A stretch of 64,000 nucleotides of DNA, from the NCBI GenBank assembly GCA_041660065.1, contig JBAZXC010000001.1, forward strand, positions 136,535-200,534, written 5' to 3'. Under the pieces are notes generated by a model, which saw only the letters and a program-made list of their open reading frames with translations, had not been told where the DNA came from and did no database searches. Origin of the DNA: Parcubacteria group bacterium (GTDB lineage Bacteria > Patescibacteriota > Minisyncoccia > Moranbacterales > GCA-2747515). Within the stretch, counting starts at the first letter, position 1, and each line of letters starts with the position of its first letter. The position numbers were made by a program, and so were the translations under genes. Shown one piece after another: positions 33,195-43,649 of the stretch.

Positions 33195-35633
33195 ATGGAT
33201 GGCGTTGTTCGCACAAAAAAATATACTGCACGCGCAAAACTCTCTAGGCATTTTTCTGTGGGAAATTATGGGGCAAAAAGTGCTTCTGCGCAAGAATCTC
33301 CTGCGTACCGTGTGTATCAGTTGGGAAAGCCATATGTGGCGTATGATGATTGCATTGGGAGTGATGTGCGCGATGGTTGTCCGATGACATACGATGCACG
33401 GACGATGCTTATGAAAAAGGAGGGGGATTTTGTGTTTTCCGGTGAATCGTCTTTACCACGTGATCTTGTTGATGTGGTCGATGAAGGAAAAGAGTGGGTG
33501 GAAGAAAGTGACTTTGCATATGATAATACAAAAGAGCAAGCCCGTTTTCGACTGAAAGACATTCCGGTTTTTGTCCATGAAAGCGTTTTACATCCACGGC
33601 ATATTTCTTTTCGTTACGCAGTAATCATGGGGTGCGCGGTTGTGTCTATAGGATTTTTTGTGTTCATAGGCACAGTGTATGCTGTGAGGGAGCATGTAAA
33701 TGATGCAACAGAGCGGGCGATCATTTCCATCAAATCGGCGATGGGCAGTATTGCGCAGAATGACTTCTCATCATCCGGAGAAGAATTGGATCACGCATAT
33801 CAGGATTTTGCATTTGCGTCTTCAGAAATGGGAAAGATCAATATGCTTGCAAAATATATTGCGCAATATGTACCGGGTGCATCACGTTTGGCAAGTGGTG
33901 ACCATATTATTGAGGCGGGAAAATTTCTGACACATACAGCAAAGGAGTTGCATAGCATCATTCCGGAGGTGATCACCGATGATCATAAGCTTGTATCGCC
34001 GGACGGAAAACATGTTTCTTTTTTGGCATTGTATCAACTTTTGGCGGATCGTATGGATATTGCGCGGTATGATCTCGCCGAAGCACAAAAACATATCGAT
34101 CAAGTATATATTGATGATGTGCCGGAGAAATACAGGGATACTTTTGTGCAGATGAAGACCATTTTACCTGAGATCAACACATCCCTGCGTCTGATCACAG
34201 AATCACGTCCCACAGTCGAGGATATGCTGGGTGCCAATGGTCCGCGCACGTATTTGTTGTTGTTTCAAAATAACAATGAAATGCGAGCCACTGGAGGGTT
34301 TATCGGCAGTTATGGTATTGTGAAGATCAATAATGGTCGCATCACACAAATGATGATCGATGATGTGTATAATCCCGACGGACAATTGATCGATCGTGTT
34401 GTGCCACCGCTACCGATCCAAAAAATATCGGCAAATTGGAGTATGCACGACAGTAATTGGTTTCCGAATTTCCCAACATCGGCAAAAAAAACCATGGATT
34501 TTTATGAACGATCCGGCGGTGCAACTGTCGATGGTGTCATTGCCATCACACCGGAACTGATGAAAAAACTTTTGGAAATCACCGGACCGGTCGCAGTGGA
34601 TGGGTACGATGTGACGTTGACAAGTGATAATTTCGTACAAATATTACAGGGTGAAATCGAAGATGAGAGTAACTATGTGTCAAAGACAGAAGAGTCTCTT
34701 GTAAAAAATGATAATAAAGAGGAGAAGAAGGAAGATGGTGATGCAAAAATTACAAAGAAGGAAAAACCAAAAAAGATCCTCTCGGATCTCATGCCGATCA
34801 TGATCGATCGTCTCTTTGATCGCAAGAGTCCGGAGCATCTCGCTGTGGTTGCACGTGTTGTGTCAGAGAGCCTCAAAGAACGACATATCATGATCTACAT
34901 GACAAAGCCGGAAGCGCAAAAGATCATAGAAAATAACGGATGGGGTGGATTGGTTGTGGATACGAGCAAGGATTATTTGAGTGTAGTAAATACCAATATC
35001 AATGGATTTAAAACAGACGGTGTGATCACAGAAACAATCTCGCACAACGCTGTGATCGATCAAGATGGTGCAATCGTTGATACTGTACAAATCAAACGGC
35101 AGCACATCGGCGGACACACGGGATACCCATGGTGGGATGCTGTCAATGCTGATTACATGCGTCTCTATGTGCCGAAGGGTTCAGAGTTGATCTCTGTAGA
35201 AGGTCAGACACGAGAAATCAATGAAGAACGGTTGGCATATGATGCATTGGGATATGAGCACGATCGTGATGTGAAAGAAGAAGAACAAAATATGCACATT
35301 GATGAGGAAACGGGAACGCGTATTTATGAACAGTCGGACAAAACGGTTTTTGCAAATTGGGTCTATGTTTCACCACAAGAAAGTGTAACGGTCACATATG
35401 TATATCGATTACCATTTCATGTTGATATGGCAGAGGATGAGGAAGGAAAGTTTGGTTCATATGCAGTTTTATTTCAGAAGCAATCCGGAAGTGTGAATTC
35501 GTCGATTGAGAGCACGATGGCATTGGATAAGAGTTTTACGCCAGTGTGGCAAGCACATGATCAAGGGGATGATGTTATGAGGGATGCATTGACGACTGAT
35601 CGATATAACGGCGTGGTTTTTCGCGTGGAATAA
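33195..35633 (+). CDS. DUF4012 domain protein
   Basis: YLLLFQNNNEMRATGGFIGSY, DSNWFPNFPTSA, QKQSG. Confidence 0.9.
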   Translation: MDGVVRTKKYTARAKLSRHFSVGNYGAKSASAQESPAYRVYQLGKPYVAYDDCIGSDVRDGCPMTYDARTMLMKKEGDFVFSGESSLPRDLVDVVDEGKEWVEESDFAYDNTKEQARFRLKDIPVFVHESVLHPRHISFRYAVIMGCAVVSIGFFVFIGTVYAVREHVNDATERAIISIKSAMGSIAQNDFSSSGEELDHAYQDFAFASSEMGKINMLAKYIAQYVPGASRLASGDHIIEAGKFLTHTAKELHSIIPEVITDDHKLVSPDGKHVSFLALYQLLADRMDIARYDLAEAQKHIDQVYIDDVPEKYRDTFVQMKTILPEINTSLRLITESRPTVEDMLGANGPRTYLLLFQNNNEMRATGGFIGSYGIVKINNGRITQMMIDDVYNPDGQLIDRVVPPLPIQKISANWSMHDSNWFPNFPTSAKKTMDFYERSGGATVDGVIAITPELMKKLLEITGPVAVDGYDVTLTSDNFVQILQGEIEDESNYVSKTEESLVKNDNKEEKKEDGDAKITKKEKPKKILSDLMPIMIDRLFDRKSPEHLAVVARVVSESLKERHIMIYMTKPEAQKIIENNGWGGLVVDTSKDYLSVVNTNINGFKTDGVITETISHNAVIDQDGAIVDTVQIKRQHIGGHTGYPWWDAVNADYMRLYVPKGSELISVEGQTREINEERLAYDALGYEHDRDVKEEEQNMHIDEETGTRIYEQSDKTVFANWVYVSPQESVTVTYVYRLPFHVDMAEDEEGKFGSYAVLFQKQSGSVNSSIESTMALDKSFTPVWQAHDQGDDVMRDALTTDRYNGVVFRVE

Positions 35634-35712
35634 TAATGACGAAAATGCTTGCAAAATAGTGAAAAGATGCCTATAGTATGATGTGATCAGGTAAAAATAT
35701 TTACGAAAGGAT

Positions 35713-37347
35713 ATGATCGCCAATTTCAAAAAAACTATCATAAAATCATCACGGGAATCAATTGCCGCAGCTGCAGCAATTGTTGCATTTTTTGGTATCC
35801 TCAGTCGACTCTTGGGGGTGGTGCGTGATCGTGTTTTGGCTGGGCAATTTGGTGCCGGGGACACTCTGGACGCATATTATGCGGCATTTCGATTGCCGGA
35901 CCTCACATTTGAGCTTTTGGTGGTGGGTGCGCTTGCCGCAGCGTTTATTCCAATTTTTAGTAAATTGATCGCTAAAGAAGATGGTCATGACGATGCCTGT
36001 ATTTATGCAAGTGGCGTTTTGACAGTGATTGTATTTTCCGTAGCCGTGTTGGCCGTAGTGGGCATGGTGTTTGCACCATTTTTTATCCACATCATGGCAC
36101 CGGGTTTTCCTGCTGACAAAATGGCTGACACTGTCCGTTTGTCGCGTATCATGTTTATCAGTCCGATATTTCTATCGGCAAGCGCTGTTTTAGGAGGGGT
36201 TTTGGTATCATTTCGTCGGTTTCTGATCTATTCGATGGCACCGATCTTTTATAACATTGGGATTATCATCGGTGCAGTATTTTTTACGAAATATATTGGT
36301 CTGATCGGTCTGGCGTGGGGTGTGATTTTTGGTGCCATTTTGCATTTTGTAATTCATATCGTTGCGGTACGATCTGTACATTTTCGCTTTCTCTTTTTTC
36401 GGGAAATGCCGTATCGCAATAGTGATGTGCGCAAAACGATCGCACTTATGTTGCCACGTATGTTTTCAAGCGCCTCCAATCAACTATCGCTTCTTCTTGT
36501 GACATTCTTTGCATCGACACTTGCTTCTGGTAGCGTGACGATCTTTACATTTGCCAATAATGTGCAAAGTGTTGTTTTGGGCCTGATCGGTGTGCCATTT
36601 GCTCTCGCCGCCTTTCCTGTATTGAGCAATAAGTTTGCTATCGGAGACACGGAAGCGTTTACAGGCGTCTTGTCACAAACACTTCGCAGGATCTTATATT
36701 ATTCTGTGCCGCTTAGTATGATCTTTTTTGTTTTACGCGAACAGATCGTGAGGATCGTATTTGGTACGGGACAATTCAATTTGGAGAATACGATTTTCAC
36801 ATATCAAGTTTTGGGCATCTTATGTATTAGTCTTTTTGCACAAAGCGTGACGCCTCTTCTTGCACGTGGTTTTTATGCGATGCAAGATACCAAAACACCA
36901 TTTTATATCGCTCTTGCGAGCCAGATATTAAATGCATGCATGATCGTTGTTTTGATCCGTGACATGAAAATTTATGCGATCGCGATCGCGTTTTCGATCA
37001 CAGCTGTTATTAATGCGGGATTGCTCTTTGCGTATTTGCATCGGTCGATCAATGATGGGGAATATCGCGATACATTGCGCACGTTTATGCAAATCCTCAT
37101 CGCGACATTTGTTACTGTTGTTTTAACTTTTTTTGCACGAAATATATTGGGATATTATTTGCCGTTGCGGTATGTGTGGGGTGTTTTGGGGCAATTGGTT
37201 GGTGCGGGAAGCGTTGGCGCAATATCTTATCTTTTTGTAACGGCGGTATTTGGTGTCAAAGAATTTGAAACGATCAGAAAAAAGATCATCATTCGCATAT
37301 TCGGACGTACGCAAGTTGCTTCGGAGGAACAAAATATTGCGCGATAG
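35713..37347 (+). CDS. murJ: Lipid II flippase MurJ
   Basis: SRLLGVVRDR..FGAG..DAYYAAFRLPD, AFIP, RGFYAMQDTKTP. Confidence 0.95.
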   Translation: MIANFKKTIIKSSRESIAAAAAIVAFFGILSRLLGVVRDRVLAGQFGAGDTLDAYYAAFRLPDLTFELLVVGALAAAFIPIFSKLIAKEDGHDDACIYASGVLTVIVFSVAVLAVVGMVFAPFFIHIMAPGFPADKMADTVRLSRIMFISPIFLSASAVLGGVLVSFRRFLIYSMAPIFYNIGIIIGAVFFTKYIGLIGLAWGVIFGAILHFVIHIVAVRSVHFRFLFFREMPYRNSDVRKTIALMLPRMFSSASNQLSLLLVTFFASTLASGSVTIFTFANNVQSVVLGLIGVPFALAAFPVLSNKFAIGDTEAFTGVLSQTLRRILYYSVPLSMIFFVLREQIVRIVFGTGQFNLENTIFTYQVLGILCISLFAQSVTPLLARGFYAMQDTKTPFYIALASQILNACMIVVLIRDMKIYAIAIAFSITAVINAGLLFAYLHRSINDGEYRDTLRTFMQILIATFVTVVLTFFARNILGYYLPLRYVWGVLGQLVGAGSVGAISYLFVTAVFGVKEFETIRKKIIIRIFGRTQVASEEQNIAR

Positions 37348-37350
37348 TGC

Positions 37351-38277
37351 TTATCGCAAGAAAGTGATCCAAAAAGGTAATGTGAGAATTGCGAATGTTG
37401 TGCTCAATACGATCGATCGGGCGATGAAATTTTTGTCCAATTTATATTGATCGGCGAGAGCAAACGGTGTGACACCCAGTGGCATCGCGGATTCAAGGAT
37501 CGATAAAACGTGTTCTGATGGCGCTATGCGGAAAAAAATCAGACCAAAATAAAATAATGCCGGAAGGATCATCAGTGATGCAAATGAAAAGATGGCAACA
37601 GGATACCAATCACGCAGGTTGCCGCGTGTGGATTGTCCGATAAATACACCGATGATGATCAGGACAACCGGCGTGACGGAAGCAACGAGCATCGTAAATG
37701 CCGTGTTGAGAATTGTCGGAATGGGGAGATGCAGTACGCTTATGAGTATGCCACAAAATACGGCGATGAGCATCGGATTTGTGCAAAGAATTTTTACGAT
37801 GGTCTTGACGACGGATGTAGTAGATGTTCGGCGTGTGAGCTCTAAATATCCCACACCGATGCCAAACAATCCAAAAAGATATACAGCAACGATCAGGCTG
37901 AGTTGCGGGAGGATCGTGTTATCAAAAACGCTTGTGAGGAGGGGAATCCCGAGATAGGCGACATTGCTAAACATGAGACAGACAATAACTGTATCGCGCA
38001 GTTCTTGTGTGAGGCGGAAAATGTGTCCGATACCATAGGAAAGAATGAGAACAAAGATGATAAATGCAAAGTTTATAAGGATCAGGCGCAGTTCTGTGGA
38101 GAGTGAAAACGTTGTTTTTGCAAGGGATGTAAAAATGAGAAGGGGCAAGCCGATCTTGAGAACGAACTGATTGAGATTTTCGGACCAATCTTCTTTGATA
38201 AAATTGATATACCGTAAGAACGCCGCACCAAAAATAATGAAAAATAGCGGCGCAATGATCAAAAATACTTCACGCAT
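37351..38277 (-). CDS. AEC (auxin efflux carrier) family transporter
   Basis: FSNVAYLGIPL, NPMLIA, ESAMP, IVLST. Confidence 0.9.
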   Translation of the reverse strand: MREVFLIIAPLFFIIFGAAFLRYINFIKEDWSENLNQFVLKIGLPLLIFTSLAKTTFSLSTELRLILINFAFIIFVLILSYGIGHIFRLTQELRDTVIVCLMFSNVAYLGIPLLTSVFDNTILPQLSLIVAVYLFGLFGIGVGYLELTRRTSTTSVVKTIVKILCTNPMLIAVFCGILISVLHLPIPTILNTAFTMLVASVTPVVLIIIGVFIGQSTRGNLRDWYPVAIFSFASLMILPALFYFGLIFFRIAPSEHVLSILESAMPLGVTPFALADQYKLDKNFIARSIVLSTTFAILTLPFWITFLR

Positions 38278-38415
38278 ACTCTTATAAAAATAGTAAAACA
38301 CATTATGAGGCAATGATCCTCTTTGTCAATTATACCATATTTTTTGTTATGAGCGTTTGAAAAAAAACCCAAAGTGCGATAAGGTTAGGATATACAATTT
38401 TACTACATCTAAATT

Positions 38416-41382
38416 ATGGAGCGATACGAACATCAAAAGATCGAGGCAAAATGGCGAGAAGCGTGGACTGCTGCCAATGTGTACAAAACGACAGAGGATC
38501 CGAAAAAAGAGAAATTCTACATTCTCGATATGTTTCCGTATCCGTCAGGTGACGGTTTGCACGTAGGTCATCCCAAGGGATACATTGCAACAGATGTGAT
38601 CTCGCGGTACAAAAAAATGAATAACTTCAATGTATTGCATCCGATGGGGTGGGATGCTTTTGGACTTCCGGCAGAGCAATATGCACTCAAAAATAAAATG
38701 CACCCAAAGATCGCGACAGATCACAATATTGCAACGTTTAAAAAGCAGTTAGAAAAGATCTCGCTGAACTATGATTGGGAACGAGAGATTTCCACAATAG
38801 ATCCATCGTTTTACAAATGGACCCAGTGGACGTTTATCCGCATGTTCAAAAAAGGATTGGTGTTTCAATCCAATGAGCCGATCAACTGGTGTCCGTCATG
38901 CAAGACGGGACTTGCCAATGAGGATCTGGAAAATGGTGCGTGTGAACGATGTGGTACGCCGATCGAAAAGAAAAAGATCCCGCAATGGGTGATCAAGATC
39001 ACGGATTATGCGGACAGACTTCTCGCTGATCTGGATAAACTTGAATGGCAAGATCACATCAAAGAATTGCAACGCAATTGGATCGGACGATCAGAGGGTG
39101 CAAAAATTCAATTCAAAATTACATGTCATCCTGAACTTGTTTCAGGATCTCAAACGAATGAACAGTTATATATTGACGTATTTACCACGCGTCCGGATAC
39201 GCTTTTTGGTGCAACCTATATGGTACTCGCTCCTGAACATCCACTTGTTGATAAATTTCTCTCTTGTCATGCTGAACTTGTTTCAGCATCTCAGGCTGAT
39301 GCAAAAGAGATCCTGAAACAAGTTCAGGATGACAAAAAAAACTGTTATTGTGCTATTTTAAATGATGGCGAAGTTCGACAATATCAAAAACAAACGCTTA
39401 CAAAGACAGAGATCGAGCGCACGACAGAAGGACGAGAAAAAACCGGTGTGAAGCTCGAGGGTGTGATGGCGATCAATCCTGCGAATGGTGCGGAGATCCC
39501 GATCTACATCGCGGATTATGTCTTGGCTGATTATGGCACAGGCGCGATCATGGCGGTGCCGGCACACGATGAAAGGGATTGGGAGTTTGCAAAGAGATAT
39601 GATATTCCGATCGTGCAAGTGGTTGCCGAACTGGATGAAACCAAAGGAAAGTATACGGTACGTGATGATAAGAAAAGTGAAGAGCGACGTAGTATCACTG
39701 TCATTATCAAGCATTGGGCAGAGGATAGATATTATTGTCTCGATTGGCGAAAATCTGATAATGACTGGACGAGTTTTGTGATCGGCGGAGTTGAGGATGG
39801 TGAGACGATCGAAGAAACGGCAGTGCGTGAGGCGCGAGAGGAAACGGGGTATCAAAATATGCGTGTCGTGCGTCGTGTAGGTCAGGTGATCCGCAGTCGA
39901 TTTTTTGCAGCGCACAAAGATATCAATATGAAAGACGCGGTACGTGAGTGTGTCTATCTCGAACTCATAGACGATGCATTTATTGCACCGGATGAAAAGC
40001 ATACAAAAAATCATGATGGCATGTGGATAGAAAAAGAAGACGTTGATGAGTTTCTCAATCTTCCTGCACAAAAAACGTATTGGCGGCAATTTCTCACGGG
40101 TGAAGACGTGTATACTGGTAGTGGCGTGATGATGAATTCCGGAGAGTTTGATGGTATGGATAGTGAAGAAGCTAAAAAGGCAATTACAGAAAAAGTGGGC
40201 GGGGAGATGACGGTGAATTACAAATTGCGCGATTGGGTATTTTCTCGCCAACGATATTGGGGTGAGCCGATCCCGCTCATTCACTGTGCGAAATGTGGTG
40301 TCGTGCCAGTACCGGAAGAAGAACTGCCTTTGACACTTCCTGAAGTTGATAACTATGAACCGACAGGCACGGGCGAGTCACCGCTTGCGGCGATTTCTGA
40401 TTGGGTCAACACAGTTTGTCCCACATGCGGAGGAGAAGCAAAGCGTGAGACCAATACGATGCCACAATGGGCTGGGTCAAGTTGGTATCACCTGCGTTAT
40501 ATCGATCCCAAAAACGATACGGCAATTATTGATAAAGACAAAGATGCATACTGGTCGCCAGTCGATTTTTATGTAGGTGGTGCAGAGCATGCGACGAGAC
40601 ATCTCATCTACGCGCGATTCTGGCACAAGTTCCTCTTTGATATCGGTGCGGTCGCCTATGATGAGCCATACAAAAAATTACAGACAGTCGGACTGATCAT
40701 GGCAGAGGATGGACGCAAGATGTCCAAGCGATGGGGCAATGTGATCAATCCGGATGAAGTGATCGATCGCTTTGGCTCTGATACATTTCGCATGTATGAA
40801 ATGTTCATGGGACCATTTGACGCAACCGTTGCGTGGAGCACGGAGAGTTTGATCGGTCCGCGCAAATTCCTCGAACGTTTGTGGAAATTTTTTGGCAATG
40901 GATTCACCGGCAATTCAGATCCTCAGATCCAGAAAGTATTGCACAAAACGATCAAAAAGGTGGGCGAGGATATCGATGCGATGAAATACAATACAGCGAT
41001 CGCACAGATGATGATCCTCATGAACACAATGGAAAAACACAAAACAATGACAACGGGAGATATGGAGAAATTTCTCCTTATCCTCTCACCGTTCTGTCCG
41101 CACATTACGCAAGAATTATGGTCGCAGTTGGGTCGTGATTCATTCATCTTGCAAGAGCAGTGGCCAATGTATGATGCGGAAAAGATCATCGATGACGAGA
41201 TCACGCTCGCAGTGCAAGTAAACGGCAAAGTGCGCGATCAGATCACCGTGAGTGCGGATATCACAGAAGAGGACGCCAAGGCACAAGCGCTTGCAAGTGA
41301 AAAGATCCAAAAATACACCGCCGGCAAAGACCCAAAAAAGATCATCTTTGTAAAAGGGAAGTTGATTAGTATCGTTGTGTAA
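38416..41382 (+). CDS. leuS: Leucine--tRNA ligase with Nudix insertion and in-frame palindromic inserts
   Basis: MFPYPSGDGLHVGH, GTGAIMAVPAHD, KMSKR; Nudix box GGVEDGETIEETAVREAREETG. Confidence 0.98.
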   Translation: MERYEHQKIEAKWREAWTAANVYKTTEDPKKEKFYILDMFPYPSGDGLHVGHPKGYIATDVISRYKKMNNFNVLHPMGWDAFGLPAEQYALKNKMHPKIATDHNIATFKKQLEKISLNYDWEREISTIDPSFYKWTQWTFIRMFKKGLVFQSNEPINWCPSCKTGLANEDLENGACERCGTPIEKKKIPQWVIKITDYADRLLADLDKLEWQDHIKELQRNWIGRSEGAKIQFKITCHPELVSGSQTNEQLYIDVFTTRPDTLFGATYMVLAPEHPLVDKFLSCHAELVSASQADAKEILKQVQDDKKNCYCAILNDGEVRQYQKQTLTKTEIERTTEGREKTGVKLEGVMAINPANGAEIPIYIADYVLADYGTGAIMAVPAHDERDWEFAKRYDIPIVQVVAELDETKGKYTVRDDKKSEERRSITVIIKHWAEDRYYCLDWRKSDNDWTSFVIGGVEDGETIEETAVREAREETGYQNMRVVRRVGQVIRSRFFAAHKDINMKDAVRECVYLELIDDAFIAPDEKHTKNHDGMWIEKEDVDEFLNLPAQKTYWRQFLTGEDVYTGSGVMMNSGEFDGMDSEEAKKAITEKVGGEMTVNYKLRDWVFSRQRYWGEPIPLIHCAKCGVVPVPEEELPLTLPEVDNYEPTGTGESPLAAISDWVNTVCPTCGGEAKRETNTMPQWAGSSWYHLRYIDPKNDTAIIDKDKDAYWSPVDFYVGGAEHATRHLIYARFWHKFLFDIGAVAYDEPYKKLQTVGLIMAEDGRKMSKRWGNVINPDEVIDRFGSDTFRMYEMFMGPFDATVAWSTESLIGPRKFLERLWKFFGNGFTGNSDPQIQKVLHKTIKKVGEDIDAMKYNTAIAQMMILMNTMEKHKTMTTGDMEKFLLILSPFCPHITQELWSQLGRDSFILQEQWPMYDAEKIIDDEITLAVQVNGKVRDQITVSADITEEDAKAQALASEKIQKYTAGKDPKKIIFVKGKLISIVV
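39124..39334. repeat. Three 27-bp palindromic arms (TGTCATSCTGAACTTGTTTCAGSATCT) inside leuS
   Basis: Copies at 39124-39150 (+), 39265-39291 (+), 39308-39334 (-). Confidence 0.9.
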
Positions 41383-41390
41383 TTATTTTA

Positions 41391-41412
41391 AGCACCTCAA
41401 AAGAGGTGTTTT
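41391..41412 (+). terminator. leuS terminator
   Basis: GCACCTC-aaaa-GAGGTGT-TTT. Confidence 0.7.
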
Positions 41413-41423
41413 AAAATTATTTT

Positions 41424-41450
41424 TCATAACGTATCCGAATATGAGAAGTT
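41424..41450 (-). repeat. attC-like right arm (L'/R')
   Basis: AACTTCTCATATTCGGATAC-GTTATGA; nearly identical to 46793-46820. Confidence 0.7.
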
Positions 41451-41607
41451 TTTGACTTCAAATAGTTTTAAAATTTGTAAGAATTGATACAAAATTTTCG
41501 TCTGATATTTTTTGAAACGATTATCGGTAAATGGGTTGGAATATTTTTCTTTCAAATCTATGCTTTCTGCATAAATTGCCATGTGAAACAAAAAGGAATG
41601 ATAATCA

Positions 41608-42312
41608 TCAATTTTCAACGTGATATTTTTTAACAATCATCCTATTAAAATTTTCCTTGCCGTTTTTGCCGGGAACCAGTTTAATCGTATAATCGTCTAT
41701 AAAAATTTCTCCCCTCATGTTAGGCGCCGATAAAACAAATGACTGATATTCGCCGCTTTCAGCGGCCGGATCTATGCCCTGGGATTGAAGCTCATTAACT
41801 AGTGCAGAGTTAATTTCTCTTCCAATATAATCTTTTGATAGGTTGCCTTCTCTTATACTCAAAATAACTGATTTAATTCTGTTGGATATTACGGAATTCA
41901 TATAGTTAGCACCTTTTTCCCTCGAAGAGCATGCATCTCGAGATGGCCTGATTATCTCAACCCCCAAAGCACCAGCAAGCATATCTCCAATGCCTGAGGT
42001 ATACGGATGCCATAAGTCGCCAGTAACAATGTGAGTTATTTTGTCTTGAATTATTAATTTATTTAATTCGACAAATAATTCATGCAGGTATAAGTTATTT
42101 GAATTGATTATTATTTCTTTGTGCGGCAGGCCAATTAAGCTTAATTGCGTTTTTCTTAATTTCTCATCGGCTTCCGGACCGGCATGCAATTGAGTATCGC
42201 CGATCGGCGATTTGATGCTCACTAAATATTCAATGTCATTCATTTCCCGCGCTCTTATTAAGGAATAAAAGCTATCTTTCCCTCCGCTAAATAATACGAT
42301 TGTTTTTCTCAT
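41608..42312 (-). CDS. PP-loop ATP pyrophosphatase (diphthine-ammonia ligase/Dph6-like)
   Basis: LFSGGKDS, TGDL, IDPAAESGEYQSFV. Confidence 0.85.
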   Translation of the reverse strand: MRKTIVLFSGGKDSFYSLIRAREMNDIEYLVSIKSPIGDTQLHAGPEADEKLRKTQLSLIGLPHKEIIINSNNLYLHELFVELNKLIIQDKITHIVTGDLWHPYTSGIGDMLAGALGVEIIRPSRDACSSREKGANYMNSVISNRIKSVILSIREGNLSKDYIGREINSALVNELQSQGIDPAAESGEYQSFVLSAPNMRGEIFIDDYTIKLVPGKNGKENFNRMIVKKYHVEN

Positions 42313-42449
42313 AATTTTATCCGTTTTTTCTACGACCAAAGAAGCATAAAAACACCTTTTCCCCTTTATAAAAAAATTAAAAATCAAATTTTCGTCCCTG
42401 TTCAAATCACAAATCTTCAAACTATCGCCAAGATAAAAAATTTATTTCG

Positions 42450-42494
42450 CCACAACGTATCGCAATGTCCGACGTTTGCCTTAGCGAATGTGGC
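42450..42494 (-). repeat. attC-like right arm
   Basis: GCCACATTCGCTAAGGCAAACGTCGGACATTGCGATAC-GTTGTGG. Confidence 0.7.
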
Positions 42495-42507
42495 TTTATT
42501 TTTTTCC

Positions 42508-43530
42508 TTATTTTTCTCCAGTCGGTAAAGATTTTACAAATTTATCAAAATCCGATTCTATTGACTGTGTTTTATTATATTCATCATATTCTTGAAATGC
42601 TTTTTGTTCTGCTTGGGCGCGAGAAATCGTGCCTTTTCCCTCAAGCACTTCATACTTATTAAACTCCAAAAAGTTGTTCACGGACTCCGCCAATTTTTCC
42701 ATCGTAAGAGCAGTGCGATTTTCAATCAGTCTTTCGATGTAATCAAAATAGCCGACGATGCCTCTTTCTAGTTTCTTTATTTTATCCTCAGTAAGATAAT
42801 TTTTGGCAATAATTGTGTCTGATTTCAGAATTCTGCTCTTTGGCGAATTTTTCCAAGTCTTGAGTCCCATGAAAGGTTTTTGCTTGTCTACTGTTTCATA
42901 AACAATCTCAGCTGCGGTTTTGCCGGTAATGGCAAAATGAAATTTATTTTGGATCATTGCATAAAAATTCTTGGCAATTTCTGACGTGGGGCTATAATCC
43001 ATGCTACATTCAGCAAAAATATCCGTAATTTGCTGATAAATTTTTCTCTCACTGGCACGAATAGAACGGACTCTTTCCAAGAGTTCGAGAAAGTAATCTT
43101 TGTCGAAATATCTTCCGTTCTTTAATCTCTCATCATCCATGGTGAAACCTTTGATGATGTATTCCTTAAGCCTTTCCGTTGCCCAAATACGAAACTGAGT
43201 GGCTTGCGATGAGTTTACCCGATAGCCAACCGAAATAATGGCATCAAGATTATAGAACTTTGTTTGGTATTTTTTGCCATCATTGGCAGTGTATTCCAAA
43301 ATGGAATGAACTGAATTTTCCAGCAATTCGCCACTTTCAAAGATATTCTTTAAATGCTTAGCAATAGCTGGTTGTTGCACACCAAACAATCTGGCCATCT
43401 TATCTTGGTTAAGCCAAATATTTTCGTCATGAAAGTAAATTTCCACTTTTACCTTGCCACTTGGCGCTGTGTAAAGCAGAAATTCCGTCAGTTCGTCTTT
43501 GATGGTGATTTGGTGATTATTTTTAGTCAT
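42508..43530 (-). CDS. RhuM family (virulence/DNA-binding) protein
   Basis: YNLDAIISVGYRVNS..ATQFRIWAT, RSIRASER, QNKFHFAITGKTAAE, IAKNYL. Confidence 0.93.
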   Translation of the reverse strand: MTKNNHQITIKDELTEFLLYTAPSGKVKVEIYFHDENIWLNQDKMARLFGVQQPAIAKHLKNIFESGELLENSVHSILEYTANDGKKYQTKFYNLDAIISVGYRVNSSQATQFRIWATERLKEYIIKGFTMDDERLKNGRYFDKDYFLELLERVRSIRASERKIYQQITDIFAECSMDYSPTSEIAKNFYAMIQNKFHFAITGKTAAEIVYETVDKQKPFMGLKTWKNSPKSRILKSDTIIAKNYLTEDKIKKLERGIVGYFDYIERLIENRTALTMEKLAESVNNFLEFNKYEVLEGKGTISRAQAEQKAFQEYDEYNKTQSIESDFDKFVKSLPTGEK

Positions 43531-43621
43531 ATTATCTTAGGCATTAGATCTTCCATAAATTTGTTAATATTCGCCTATCTTGATTATATCACCAAACTTG
43601 CTATTTTGTCAGCGCAATTTG

Positions 43622-43641
43622 CCTGCCTGCCGGTGGGCAGG
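43622..43641. repeat. REP-like palindrome CCTGCCTGCCGGTGGGCAGG
   Basis: Related copy CCTGCCTACCGGTAGGTAGG at about 46964-46984. Confidence 0.7.
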
Positions 43642-43649
43642 GGAGAGTC

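Noticed and set aside
39358-40284. 308-aa minus-strand ORF
   Set aside because: Antisense shadow within leuS with no recognisable motifs
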